Under the pieces are notes generated by a model. That model did no database searches and was not told the DNA's origin. It worked only from the letters and a program-made list of their open reading frames with translations. A DNA stretch of 44,753 nt from Planctomycetota bacterium (GTDB lineage: Bacteria; Planctomycetota; B15-G4): contig JBBQUR010000029.1 in NCBI GenBank assembly GCA_038212275.1, positions 1-44,753 of the forward strand, in the 5' to 3' direction. Positions 16,896 to 25,599 of the stretch are shown here, piece by piece. The position numbers and the translations under genes are program-made. Numbering within the stretch: the first letter of the stretch is position 1; each line of letters starts with the position of its first letter.

Positions 16896-18608
16896 ATGAA
16901 ACCAAACCGACCCATGTTGGCAATCACAGCCCTGCTGGTTGCGCTCGTTGCCGGCCTGCTTCTGAGGCTCCTGCTGACGGACGACAACGCGGCTCACACG
17001 CATGTACCGCTGCGAGGCGAGCGAGAGGTGGCCTCGCCATCACCGAGATCCACCATAAAACTCGTTTCCGCCGATGATCAGGGCGAGGCCATTCCGGCAA
17101 TGCCGCTGACGGGGTCCAATGAGTCGATGGTCACGGTCGTGGACAGTGCTGACCATCCCGTGACCGGCGCGGAGGTCTATGTCGGAGAGGGCAATGACCG
17201 TATCGGTCCCGAGGCCACCAGCGCCGATGGGATTGCACGAGTCAGGATCCGCCCTGCCTTGGCGACCATGATCGCAGCCAGCCATCCGGGCTACTCGATC
17301 GGCCTCGTCCAGTTGAATCCGGAGGTAGCGCCACGGCCCGCGTACATGATTCATCTGATCGATGAGGTAACGATCACAGGAACGGTCATGGATGCCGTGG
17401 GGGGCCAGCCTCAGGTGGCCTACGTGGTCAAGGCGTGGCGGCCGGATGCTGCCAGGTCCGAGGGCGACGTTCGCGGCGTCTCGCTCGAAGCATTGCGAGT
17501 GCCCGAGGCTCTTTCCGGCGCAGATGGGACATTCACGTTGCGCGGTTTGGCGCCGAAGGCGGGGGTCACTCTGATCGCTTACGGTCCGGGCAGGCTGTCA
17601 TGGCCTGTGTCGGCGAGCGGTGGCGATCGAAGTGTGGTCCTGAAGGTCGAACAAGGATACGGCGCCCTGATCCGATTGGAAGATGCCGAAGGAGGCCGGC
17701 CACGCAGCAATCCACGACTGCTGGGTCGCGGGCCGACGATTCAGGAGCCGGGTGGTGGTCACTATCTGAGTCCCAATCGGGCCGACTTGGCGCTGATCGG
17801 AATCCCTGCCGACCTCCTGGGTCCACGAAGTCGTGACGCATGTCTTGTCTTGCACTCCGATACCCACTCGGGTGCACAGATAACCGCCACGGTGCTGCTC
17901 GATGCTCCAGGCTACGAATCGGTGACTGCCGACATCGTGCTGGGCCCACTTCATGAAGGAATTCCTGAATACAGCTTTCCGCTGCGGCGGAAGGTCGATG
18001 GATTCGGCACTGTCCGAGTTCACCTGGCGGATCCCACGGTCCCCGACAGGAACACGTTGACTGGCCATACCTCGATCTGGCTGCTGCCGGGACAGGCCGA
18101 TGACGTCGATTCCGCAGCCCTCGCCTTCGAGGTGCAGGAATGGAAAAGCGGGGTCATTGAAGTGAAAGGCATTCCTTGGGGATCGTATTCACTGCAAGTG
18201 AATGCACTTCATGGAATGTTCCGCCGCACCGCAGTCTGCGGTGAGTCTGCTTCCCAGTCATTCACGCTGGCAGGCGCGCCGGTCGACGTCACTGTGGATG
18301 CATCCGGCACCTGCGGCCTGGAAATTCTGTCGGCCGATTCGTCAGGCAACTTCCTCGATCGGATTGGTTTCATTGACCTGAAATATGAGGGCGCTCCGAC
18401 GAGCAGCCAGATCGGCTTCCGCACTCCACCCTACAGAGTGTCACTCCTTCCTCCCGGGCGTTGCAAGATCAAGCTCGTGCAACCGTACGAGGCGACGGCT
18501 GTCGACGAGTCGGGGCAGGCGATCGAGTGGGTAAACCTCGTCGCAGGTAAAGTGACGAAAGTCCATCTCTCCGAGCACGCGGCGTCCTTGATGCCTGGAT
18601 CCAAGTGA
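16896..18608 (+). CDS. Membrane-anchored protein with carboxypeptidase-regulatory-like (Cna-B/transthyretin-like) domains
   Basis: GGAGGA RBS and an N-terminal TM segment. Repeats such as VTVVDSADHPVTGAEV...TSADG...SHPGY and ITGTVMD...SGADGTFTLRGL. Lower GC than the flanks. Confidence 0.75.
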   Translation: MKPNRPMLAITALLVALVAGLLLRLLLTDDNAAHTHVPLRGEREVASPSPRSTIKLVSADDQGEAIPAMPLTGSNESMVTVVDSADHPVTGAEVYVGEGNDRIGPEATSADGIARVRIRPALATMIAASHPGYSIGLVQLNPEVAPRPAYMIHLIDEVTITGTVMDAVGGQPQVAYVVKAWRPDAARSEGDVRGVSLEALRVPEALSGADGTFTLRGLAPKAGVTLIAYGPGRLSWPVSASGGDRSVVLKVEQGYGALIRLEDAEGGRPRSNPRLLGRGPTIQEPGGGHYLSPNRADLALIGIPADLLGPRSRDACLVLHSDTHSGAQITATVLLDAPGYESVTADIVLGPLHEGIPEYSFPLRRKVDGFGTVRVHLADPTVPDRNTLTGHTSIWLLPGQADDVDSAALAFEVQEWKSGVIEVKGIPWGSYSLQVNALHGMFRRTAVCGESASQSFTLAGAPVDVTVDASGTCGLEILSADSSGNFLDRIGFIDLKYEGAPTSSQIGFRTPPYRVSLLPPGRCKIKLVQPYEATAVDESGQAIEWVNLVAGKVTKVHLSEHAASLMPGSK

Positions 18609-19030
18609 AGGAGCGAAGTGGCGTCGTTCTGGTTCTCATTCGGTGCGCGCTTGCGCTGATCCTGTTGTTCAGCGGCGTCCTCAAGCTCGTGACGATGCCG
18701 TCCGAGTCGGCGACAAAAGTGAGTTCTGCCCTGCTCCAGCAGTGGACGGCCTCGCGACTCTTCATGGTCCCACTTGGCCTCGTCGAGATGACCGTGGGTT
18801 GCGGGCTGCTGTTCTCCGGAATGAGAATCTGGAGAGCATCCGCGGCGGTCCTGTGTGCGGCACTCATGACGTATGCCTTCGTGCTGGACCTTTCTGGCGT
18901 AGATCTGAGCGATTGCGGCTGCTTTGGCATCGCAGCCGTGGGCCGGGAATCACATCTCATCCTGCTGGTTGGCATGGGGATGATGGCCCTTGCTCTGGCT
19001 TGGCCGGAGCGTCGTCAGCAGGGGGCCTGA
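18605..19030 (+). CDS. MauE/DoxX family membrane protein
   Basis: GTGA overlap; R..LA..LLFSG.LKL, LVEM.VG.GLL and the DCGCFG motif. Confidence 0.85.
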   Translation: MKERSGVVLVLIRCALALILLFSGVLKLVTMPSESATKVSSALLQQWTASRLFMVPLGLVEMTVGCGLLFSGMRIWRASAAVLCAALMTYAFVLDLSGVDLSDCGCFGIAAVGRESHLILLVGMGMMALALAWPERRQQGA

Positions 19031-19104
19031 ATCGTGGAGGATGTGCGAGGGACACTTCGCACGTAGGTGCGTTCGCAAGGTGCTTCAAGCGACGCTGACC
19101 ACAC

Positions 19105-19701
19105 CTATCGCAGCGCCGCGCGATGCGCCTCGGGAAAGAGGTAGGTCATGTTGTCGGCCAGCCCGCTGGCCAGCGCCGGCGCGCGGGCTTCGTCGTAGCC
19201 GTTCGCGACGTACGGCAGATCCCGCACGTAGGGCAGCAGCAGCGTCGCGAACAGGCATGCGATGAACAGGCCGACGAGCGCTCCGAACGGCTTGTGCTGC
19301 GGTTCGCCGGTAGCCTTCTTCTTGCCGGCCGAGCCGCCGATCAGCCGCCCGATGAGAGGCAGCGTCAGCACGAGCGCGGTGATGATGCCGTAGGCGGTCA
19401 GCGTCGCCGACGGGTCACCGGGCTCGGCCGTGTTCGGCATCCACGACACGACCTGCGCCGAGAGATGATGCGCCAGCCACAGCGCGGCCAGCATCCACAG
19501 CAGCATCCCGAAGGCGCGCGCCAGGCCGGCCATCGCGCCGGCGGCCACGCCGAGCAGCACGATCGCCAACGCGAGCCAGTCCACGATGGGCAGCCAGGTG
19601 GTCACGGCCTCCTGCGCCTGGGCGACCGCGGTGGTGGCCGCGTCCTGCAGCGGCGCGGGCAGGCACGTCGGCGCGAGGCACGCGGCAAGGATCAGGCTCA
19701 T
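19105..19701 (-). CDS. CvpA (colicin V production)-like membrane protein, copy 1
   Basis: VDWLALAIVLLGVAAGAMAGLARAF...LAALWLA pattern; about 4 TM segments; paralog at 20396-20998. Confidence 0.7.
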   Translation of the reverse strand: MSLILAACLAPTCLPAPLQDAATTAVAQAQEAVTTWLPIVDWLALAIVLLGVAAGAMAGLARAFGMLLWMLAALWLAHHLSAQVVSWMPNTAEPGDPSATLTAYGIITALVLTLPLIGRLIGGSAGKKKATGEPQHKPFGALVGLFIACLFATLLLPYVRDLPYVANGYDEARAPALASGLADNMTYLFPEAHRAALR

Positions 19702-19713
19702 CGCGAACTCCGG

Positions 19714-19843
19714 CAGCCGCAGCGAGATGGACGTGCTCTACCTCGGCAACTACATCATCGAGAAGGCCGACAAGAAGATCATCGACAGCACGCCCTTTAT
19801 CCTGCGCCACGAGGGCGATCGCATCGTGGAGATGATCTCGTGA
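19714..19843 (+). pseudogene. Duplicated 3' fragment of the carbamoyltransferase gene (130-bp direct repeat, copy 2)
   Basis: Encodes SRSEMDVLYLGNYIIEK...IVEMIS*, identical to 15170-15299. Confidence 0.9.
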
Positions 19844-20385
19844 GCCTCGCAGCGATGGGCACTTCCGGTGCGATCCTCGGGCTGGCGCAGTCCGGCACCG
19901 CCGCTGCGCCAGGTCCGCTCGGCACGATGGAATTCATCTTCCTCGGCCTGTGGGCGCTGTTCTCCACGCTCTTCTGGCTGAACTACCGCAAGGACGAGAA
20001 CCTGCTCACGGCGGCGCTGAAGGTCGCCTGCATGTTCGGCTTCATCTACGGGATGATGAAGTTCTTCGACTGGGTGGGTCACAAGGTGCCCGTCAGCGAG
20101 GCCATCACCTTCGGATTGTCTTTCCCGAAGCTCGAGGGCGCCGAGGTGCATCGCATCCCGCTGCTCTCCGACGCCTTGTTCTGGTTTGTCATCGTGCTGC
20201 TGGTGCTCGTGGCGTGGTATGCGCGCAAGAAGGTCGGCACCGTGTGCTCGCTCGTGGTCTCCACCTGGGACCGCGGCCACTGGTACATGCTTCCAGTGAT
20301 CTTCGTGCTGCTGACCATCGGCCTGCTGCTGGTCGCCGCGGCGGCAAGCCCCGTGCTCTCGCCCTTCATCTACACGCTGTTCTGA
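19840..20385 (+). CDS. Membrane protein with C-terminal SxtK/DUF5989 domain, copy 2
   Basis: Paralog of 15296-15775 (about 22 aa differences over ~157 aligned, counted by eye) with an identical PFIYTLF C-terminus. Start uncertain (19840, 19855 or 19927). Confidence 0.85.
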   Translation: MSLAAMGTSGAILGLAQSGTAAAPGPLGTMEFIFLGLWALFSTLFWLNYRKDENLLTAALKVACMFGFIYGMMKFFDWVGHKVPVSEAITFGLSFPKLEGAEVHRIPLLSDALFWFVIVLLVLVAWYARKKVGTVCSLVVSTWDRGHWYMLPVIFVLLTIGLLLVAAAASPVLSPFIYTLF

Positions 20386-20395
20386 ACGCGGCGCG

Positions 20396-20998
20396 TCAGC
20401 GCAGCGTCTCGCGGTGCTCGATCGGGTAGAGGTAGGTCATGTTGTCGGCGAGGCCGCCGGCCAGCGCGGGCGCACGCGCCTCGTCCCAGTGCTCGCCAAG
20501 ATAGGGGAGTTCGCGCACGAAGGGCAGCATCAGCGTCACGAACAGGCACGCGATGAACAGTCCGATCAGTGCGCCGAAGGGCTTGTGCTGCGGCTCGCCG
20601 GTGGCCTTTTTCTTGCCCCCGGCCCCGCCGAGCACGCGGCCCAGCACCGGCAGCGTGAGCACCAGCGCCGTGATGACGCCGAAGGCCGTCAGCCGCAGCG
20701 TCGGATCACCGGGCTCGGCGGAGTTCGGCAGCCACGACACGACCTGCGCCGAGAGGTGATTGGCGAGCCAGAGCGCCGCAAGCATCCACAGCAGCATGCT
20801 GAAGGCCCGCGCCAGCCCGGCCAGCGCGCCCGCGGTGAGCCCGATCAGCACCGCGGCGATCGCGAACCAGTCGACGATGGGCAGCCAGGTGGTGACCGCC
20901 CGGGTCGCCTCGGCCGCCATCCCGGCTGCCTCCGAAACCTCCTGCAGCGGGGAGGTCAGGCATGCCGGCACGAGGCAGGCGACAAGGGTGAAGGCCAT
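20396..20998 (-). CDS. CvpA-like membrane protein, copy 2
   Basis: Diverged paralog of 19105-19701, sharing VTTWLPIVDW, KKKATGEPQHKPFGAL and LADNMTYL. Confidence 0.7.
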   Translation of the reverse strand: MAFTLVACLVPACLTSPLQEVSEAAGMAAEATRAVTTWLPIVDWFAIAAVLIGLTAGALAGLARAFSMLLWMLAALWLANHLSAQVVSWLPNSAEPGDPTLRLTAFGVITALVLTLPVLGRVLGGAGGKKKATGEPQHKPFGALIGLFIACLFVTLMLPFVRELPYLGEHWDEARAPALAGGLADNMTYLYPIEHRETLR

Positions 20999-21136
20999 CG
21001 ACGACTCCGATCTGCGGATGAGCGCCGGTCGAGCCGGCGTGCGTGCAGCCTATAATCCGCCGCCCTGCCGGTCGGCTTCAATCCGTCGTCGTGCGCGAGA
21101 CCGGCCGCGCGCCAGGAATCCCGGGAACCTCTGCGC

Positions 21137-23746
21137 ATGCGCCCGCTCCATCAACTGAAGGCCGAACTTCCGCACTGGGACAAGACCGCCGACCTGATCG
21201 ACCAGTGCCTCGACCTGTCGCTCAACCTGAGCCAGAGCGGTCACCCGGGCGGCAGCCGCAGCAAGGTGCACGCGCTGGTGGCGCTGCTGCTCTCGGGCGG
21301 CATGCGCTGGGACATCCGCCACCCCGAGGCGCGCTTCGGCGACCGCTTCGTGCTGGTGGCCGGCCACTGCAACCCGGTGGTCTACGCGACGCTCGCGGTC
21401 TTCAACGAGGCGCTGCGCCTGCGCCACGCCAGGGAACTGGCCGCGGCGACGAAGGCCGGCGCGCAGGGTGCGGACCTCGCGGCGCGCGCCGCCCGCTTCG
21501 CCCACCCGCTGGGCCGGCACTTCACGCTGCTGCCCGAGGACCTGCTCACGCTGCGACAGAACGGCGGCCTGCCGGGACACGCCGAAATGGAAGGCCGCAC
21601 GCTCTTCTTCAAGGCCAACACCGGTCCGTCGGGCCACGGCGCGCCCATCGCGGCGGGCGAGGCGCTGGCGCTCAAGCACGCCGGCGCCGGCTCCGTGCGC
21701 GTCTTCGCGATGGAAGGCGAGGGCGGACACACGGCCGGCGCGCACCACGAGGTGAAGAACACCGCGTGGGGCCTCGGCCTCGGCAACTTCTTCTACATGC
21801 TCGACTGGAACGACTGCGGCATCGACGACCACCGCATCTCCTCGGTCGTGCACGGCACGCCGGAGTCCTGGTTCAAGAGCTACGGCTGGCGCGTGGCCGG
21901 CACCGAGGACGGCAGCAACTTCGCCTCGCTGCTGCCCGCGATGCACGAGCTGCTCGGCGATGCCGAGAGTGCCGGCGCCAACGGCACGGTCGGCGCGCAG
22001 GGCACTTCCGATCGTCGCGGCCCGGACGGCCGCGGCCAGTCCGTGCCGGGCTGCCTGTGGTTCAAGACGCGCAAGGGCCGCGGCTACCTCAAGTACGACA
22101 ACAAGTCGCACGGCTCGCCGCACAAGTTCAACGACGCCAACTTCTGGCAACTGCGCGCGGAGTTCGGCGAGAAGTACGGCGTCTCCTTCGATGGCCAGGG
22201 CAGCGAGGGCCCGTCGGACCGCAAGAGCCGCGTCGCGCAGTCGGCCGATCACCTGCGCGCCATTCTCTCCGTCCTCGAACGCGACGACGCGCTGCTGAAC
22301 TTCCTCAGCGACCGCCTCACGGACCTCGGCGAAAGCGTGCCCGCGACGCTTCCGACCTTCAGCTGGGACAAGGGCGCTCCGGCCACCTCGCGCGAGACGG
22401 GCTCCGCATCAGCCGGCACTGCGTCCTCCGCCGCGGCCCTGTCCGCGAACGCCGATCCCTTCAGCGACCCGCGCCTCACGGACCCGGCCGCGCTGCCGGC
22501 CTCGATCTTCTTCAAGCCGGGTGACAAGCAGCCCAACCGCGCGGGCTTCGCGAAGATGGGCGCGTACATCAACGCCCTGGGCAAGCAGCACTACGGTCAC
22601 CCGCTCTTCCTCGTCTGCGCCGCGGACCTCGCCGACAGCACGAACATCTCGGGCTTCGGCGCGAAGTGGGCCGGGGACGTCGCGGCGGCCGCTGCTGCAC
22701 CGGGAGCTTCCGGCGCGAGCGCCGCGGCCGTCGGCGACTTTGCCGGCTACGGCTGGTACGAGCGCAGCAAGGCGCCGGGCGGCGCGATCCTCCCGCAGGA
22801 GATCACGGAGTTCACGAACTCCGGCCTCATGTGCGGAGTCGCGTCGGTGAACCTGTCCGACAAGCCGCTGGAGAACTTCCGCGGCTACTCGGGCGCCTGC
22901 TCCACCTACGGCAGCTTCAGCTACCTCAAGTACGGCCCGATGCGCCTGTTTTCACAGACCGCGCAGGACAGCCAGATCAAGCTCGGGCGCGCGCTGTGGG
23001 TCGCCGGCCACAGCGGTCCGGAGACGGCCGAGGACAGCCGCACGCACTTCGGCATCTTCTCGCCGGGCGTGACCTCGCTCTTCCCCAGGGGGCACGTCGT
23101 CAACATGCACCCGTGGGAGGCCAACGAAGTGCCGGTGGTGCTTGCGGCCGCGCTCGGCAGCGGCGTGCCCATCCTCGTGCTGCACCTCACGCGTCCGCCG
23201 ATCGAGATCCCGGACCGCGCGAAGTGGGGCATGGACAGCCACCTCGAAGCGGCGCGCGGCGCCTACATTCTGCGCGACTTCGACAAGCGCCGGCCGAAGG
23301 AAGGCACGATCATCGTGCGCGGCACGATGAGCACGGCCAATCTCGTGAAGCTGCTGCCGTGGCTGGCCAGCGACGGTCCCAACGTGAAGATCGTCGCGGC
23401 CATCTCGCACGCGCTCTTCCGTCGGCAGCCGCAGGCCTGGCGCGACCGCGTGCTGCCCGCGCGCGAATGGGCGCAGTCCTTCGTGATCACCAACACCGCG
23501 CGCTGGAACATGACCAACTGGATCCCGCACGCGGTGGCGGCCGACTACGTGCTCTCGCCGGACTTCGACAACCGCTGGCGCACGGGCGGCACCGTGGACC
23601 AGATCGTGGCCGAGAGCCGGCTGGACACGGAGAGCCTCAAGGCCGGCATCCTGCGCTTCACGTCGGAGCGCCCGGAGCGCGACGAACGCATGCGCGAACT
23701 GCTCGGCGGGCTCGGCGTGGAGGCTGGCAGCACCGTCGGCGCCTGA
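21137..23746 (+). CDS. Transketolase-like ThDP enzyme (fused N- and C-domains)
   Basis: SGHPGGS, DRFVLVAGH, LPGHAE, NTGPSGHG, KTRKGRG...HG, ADLADST, ITEF, HSG...EDSRTH and LTRP. TATAAT at 21051. Confidence 0.85.
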   Translation: MRPLHQLKAELPHWDKTADLIDQCLDLSLNLSQSGHPGGSRSKVHALVALLLSGGMRWDIRHPEARFGDRFVLVAGHCNPVVYATLAVFNEALRLRHARELAAATKAGAQGADLAARAARFAHPLGRHFTLLPEDLLTLRQNGGLPGHAEMEGRTLFFKANTGPSGHGAPIAAGEALALKHAGAGSVRVFAMEGEGGHTAGAHHEVKNTAWGLGLGNFFYMLDWNDCGIDDHRISSVVHGTPESWFKSYGWRVAGTEDGSNFASLLPAMHELLGDAESAGANGTVGAQGTSDRRGPDGRGQSVPGCLWFKTRKGRGYLKYDNKSHGSPHKFNDANFWQLRAEFGEKYGVSFDGQGSEGPSDRKSRVAQSADHLRAILSVLERDDALLNFLSDRLTDLGESVPATLPTFSWDKGAPATSRETGSASAGTASSAAALSANADPFSDPRLTDPAALPASIFFKPGDKQPNRAGFAKMGAYINALGKQHYGHPLFLVCAADLADSTNISGFGAKWAGDVAAAAAAPGASGASAAAVGDFAGYGWYERSKAPGGAILPQEITEFTNSGLMCGVASVNLSDKPLENFRGYSGACSTYGSFSYLKYGPMRLFSQTAQDSQIKLGRALWVAGHSGPETAEDSRTHFGIFSPGVTSLFPRGHVVNMHPWEANEVPVVLAAALGSGVPILVLHLTRPPIEIPDRAKWGMDSHLEAARGAYILRDFDKRRPKEGTIIVRGTMSTANLVKLLPWLASDGPNVKIVAAISHALFRRQPQAWRDRVLPAREWAQSFVITNTARWNMTNWIPHAVAADYVLSPDFDNRWRTGGTVDQIVAESRLDTESLKAGILRFTSERPERDERMRELLGGLGVEAGSTVGA

Positions 23747-23816
23747 GACTCGCGCCTTCCGGTGCGTGCACGTGTGGGGCGAGTGGGGCGAGTGGGGCGC
23801 GGGATCGTCGCGACGA

Positions 23817-25412
23817 TCAGCGCCCTGGCGGCTTGCCGCCGTCGCCGAAGTAGCCCAGCGCCTGCATGACGCGGAAGGCCTCGGGGTCCAGCTGCTCGCG
23901 CTCGGCGGCGAGCTGCTCGGCCAGGTCCGTGAAGTGCACGTCGGCGGCGGAGAAGCGCAGCAGCTCGGCGCGCAGGCGGTCCATCGGCGCGCCGGGCGGC
24001 GGGGCGTCGGCGAGGTTGATGGTCTCGTGCGGGTCGGCGCTCAGGTCGTAGAGCTCCTCGCTCAGCAGGACCAGTTCGCGCGGCATCGGCGCGTCGGCGG
24101 CTGTGCGGTAGGCGTAGCGACGCAGGAATTTCCAGTCGCGCAGGCGCACGCCCTTGATCTGCACCGTCTTCGCGAGCGACTCGCCCTCTGTCTTCTCGAC
24201 GAACACCGGGTTGTCGGGCCGGCCGGTGCCCGCCTCCCGCAGGAAGCGCGCGAAGGAGTGGCCGCTTGGCGCGGCGGCCGTGGTGCGCCCGGGTGGCGGC
24301 GACAGCGGCGGCAGGCCCGCAAGGTCGAGCATCGTGGGCGCGAGATCCACCAGCGAGATGTCGCTGTCGCTGTGGCCAGTCGGGATGCCGGGGCCCGCGA
24401 TGAGCAGCGGCACGCGGCAGGTCGCCTCGTAGGCATAGAGCCCGTGCTCGAACCAGTAGCGGTGCTCGCCGAGGCTCTCGCCGTGGTCCGCGGTGATGAC
24501 GACCAGCGTGTTGTCCGCGAGACCGGCCTCGTCGAGCGCCGCGAGCAGCCGCCCGATCTGCGCATCGACGAAGTGGATCTCGCCGTCGTAGAGCGCGCGC
24601 ACCGCGGCGGCATCGATGCGGCCGTCGGGCAGCAGGCACTCGGGCGGTGCGTTGTAGGCGGTGACCCGGCGGCTGTGCAGCGGGTCGGCGGGCAACTCGC
24701 TCTCCGTGGGAATCGGGTCGGGCGCCTCGCCGCCGAAGAGGCGGTCCTCGGGCGGCGGGTCGTAGCTGCCGTGCGGATCCATGAAGTGCAGATAGAGGAA
24801 CCACGGGCGGTCGGGCTGCACGAGCGGCGCGTGCGGCGCCGGCGCGTGCGGGTCGGACGGCGGCGTCGCGAGGCCCAGCGCGACGAGCGCGCCGTCGGCG
24901 AGCGAGCGCGCCTTGCGCTGCGGCACGTCGTCAGGCGGGACGCCCTGCACGTCGGGCAGGTCGTCGATCCACGCGTCGAAGCCGCGCGCAAGGCCCGTCG
25001 TCGAGCCACGCAGGACGAAGTTGCCGACGATCGCCGCGGTGGTGTAGCCGCCGCGGCGGAAGGCCTCCGCGAGCACGGGGATGTCGCTCGAGAGGTGGCC
25101 GGCGAGGTCGCGCACGCCGTGCTCCTGCGGGTACAGGCCCGTGAGCAGCGAGCTCACGGCGGGCGTCGTCTTGGCGCGCGGCGACTCCGCGTGCGTGAAG
25201 CGCGTCGCGCGCCCGGCGAAGTCCTGCAACCGCGGCGTCGTGGGCCTGGCATAGCCGTTCACGGAGAGGTGGTCCGAGCGCAGCGTGTCGATCACGACGA
25301 GCAGCACGTTCGGGGCGCCGGGGGCATCGCCGGGCGTGCCCGAGTCGCCGCATGCGGCCGCCGTGAGGCACAGGGCCAGCGGGAGGGATGCGAGCACCGC
25401 GCGAAGGAGCAT
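23817..25412 (-). CDS. Sulfatase/alkaline phosphatase superfamily lipoprotein (Thr at the nucleophile position)
   Basis: Lipobox-like AAAC, PNVLLVVIDTLRSDH, KTTPAVSSLLTG, HFMDPHGSY, YDGEI, TADHGE, EHG, and C-terminal MQALGY. Confidence 0.88.
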   Translation of the reverse strand: MLLRAVLASLPLALCLTAAACGDSGTPGDAPGAPNVLLVVIDTLRSDHLSVNGYARPTTPRLQDFAGRATRFTHAESPRAKTTPAVSSLLTGLYPQEHGVRDLAGHLSSDIPVLAEAFRRGGYTTAAIVGNFVLRGSTTGLARGFDAWIDDLPDVQGVPPDDVPQRKARSLADGALVALGLATPPSDPHAPAPHAPLVQPDRPWFLYLHFMDPHGSYDPPPEDRLFGGEAPDPIPTESELPADPLHSRRVTAYNAPPECLLPDGRIDAAAVRALYDGEIHFVDAQIGRLLAALDEAGLADNTLVVITADHGESLGEHRYWFEHGLYAYEATCRVPLLIAGPGIPTGHSDSDISLVDLAPTMLDLAGLPPLSPPPGRTTAAAPSGHSFARFLREAGTGRPDNPVFVEKTEGESLAKTVQIKGVRLRDWKFLRRYAYRTAADAPMPRELVLLSEELYDLSADPHETINLADAPPPGAPMDRLRAELLRFSAADVHFTDLAEQLAAEREQLDPEAFRVMQALGYFGDGGKPPGR

Positions 25413-25599
25413 GGTATCGGGCGAGTATACGCAGGGAGAAAGTGCGCCGCGGTGGCAGGTCCGGCGCCGGCCCCCTATGATCGGCCGACCATTCGGAGCC
25501 GCGAGGACGACATCGGAGTCGACATCCCCGGCGGCACGAAGGCTCAGCACCGGGCCTTCCTCCTGCCGACAAGGCCATCTGCCGACAAGGCACCTACCC

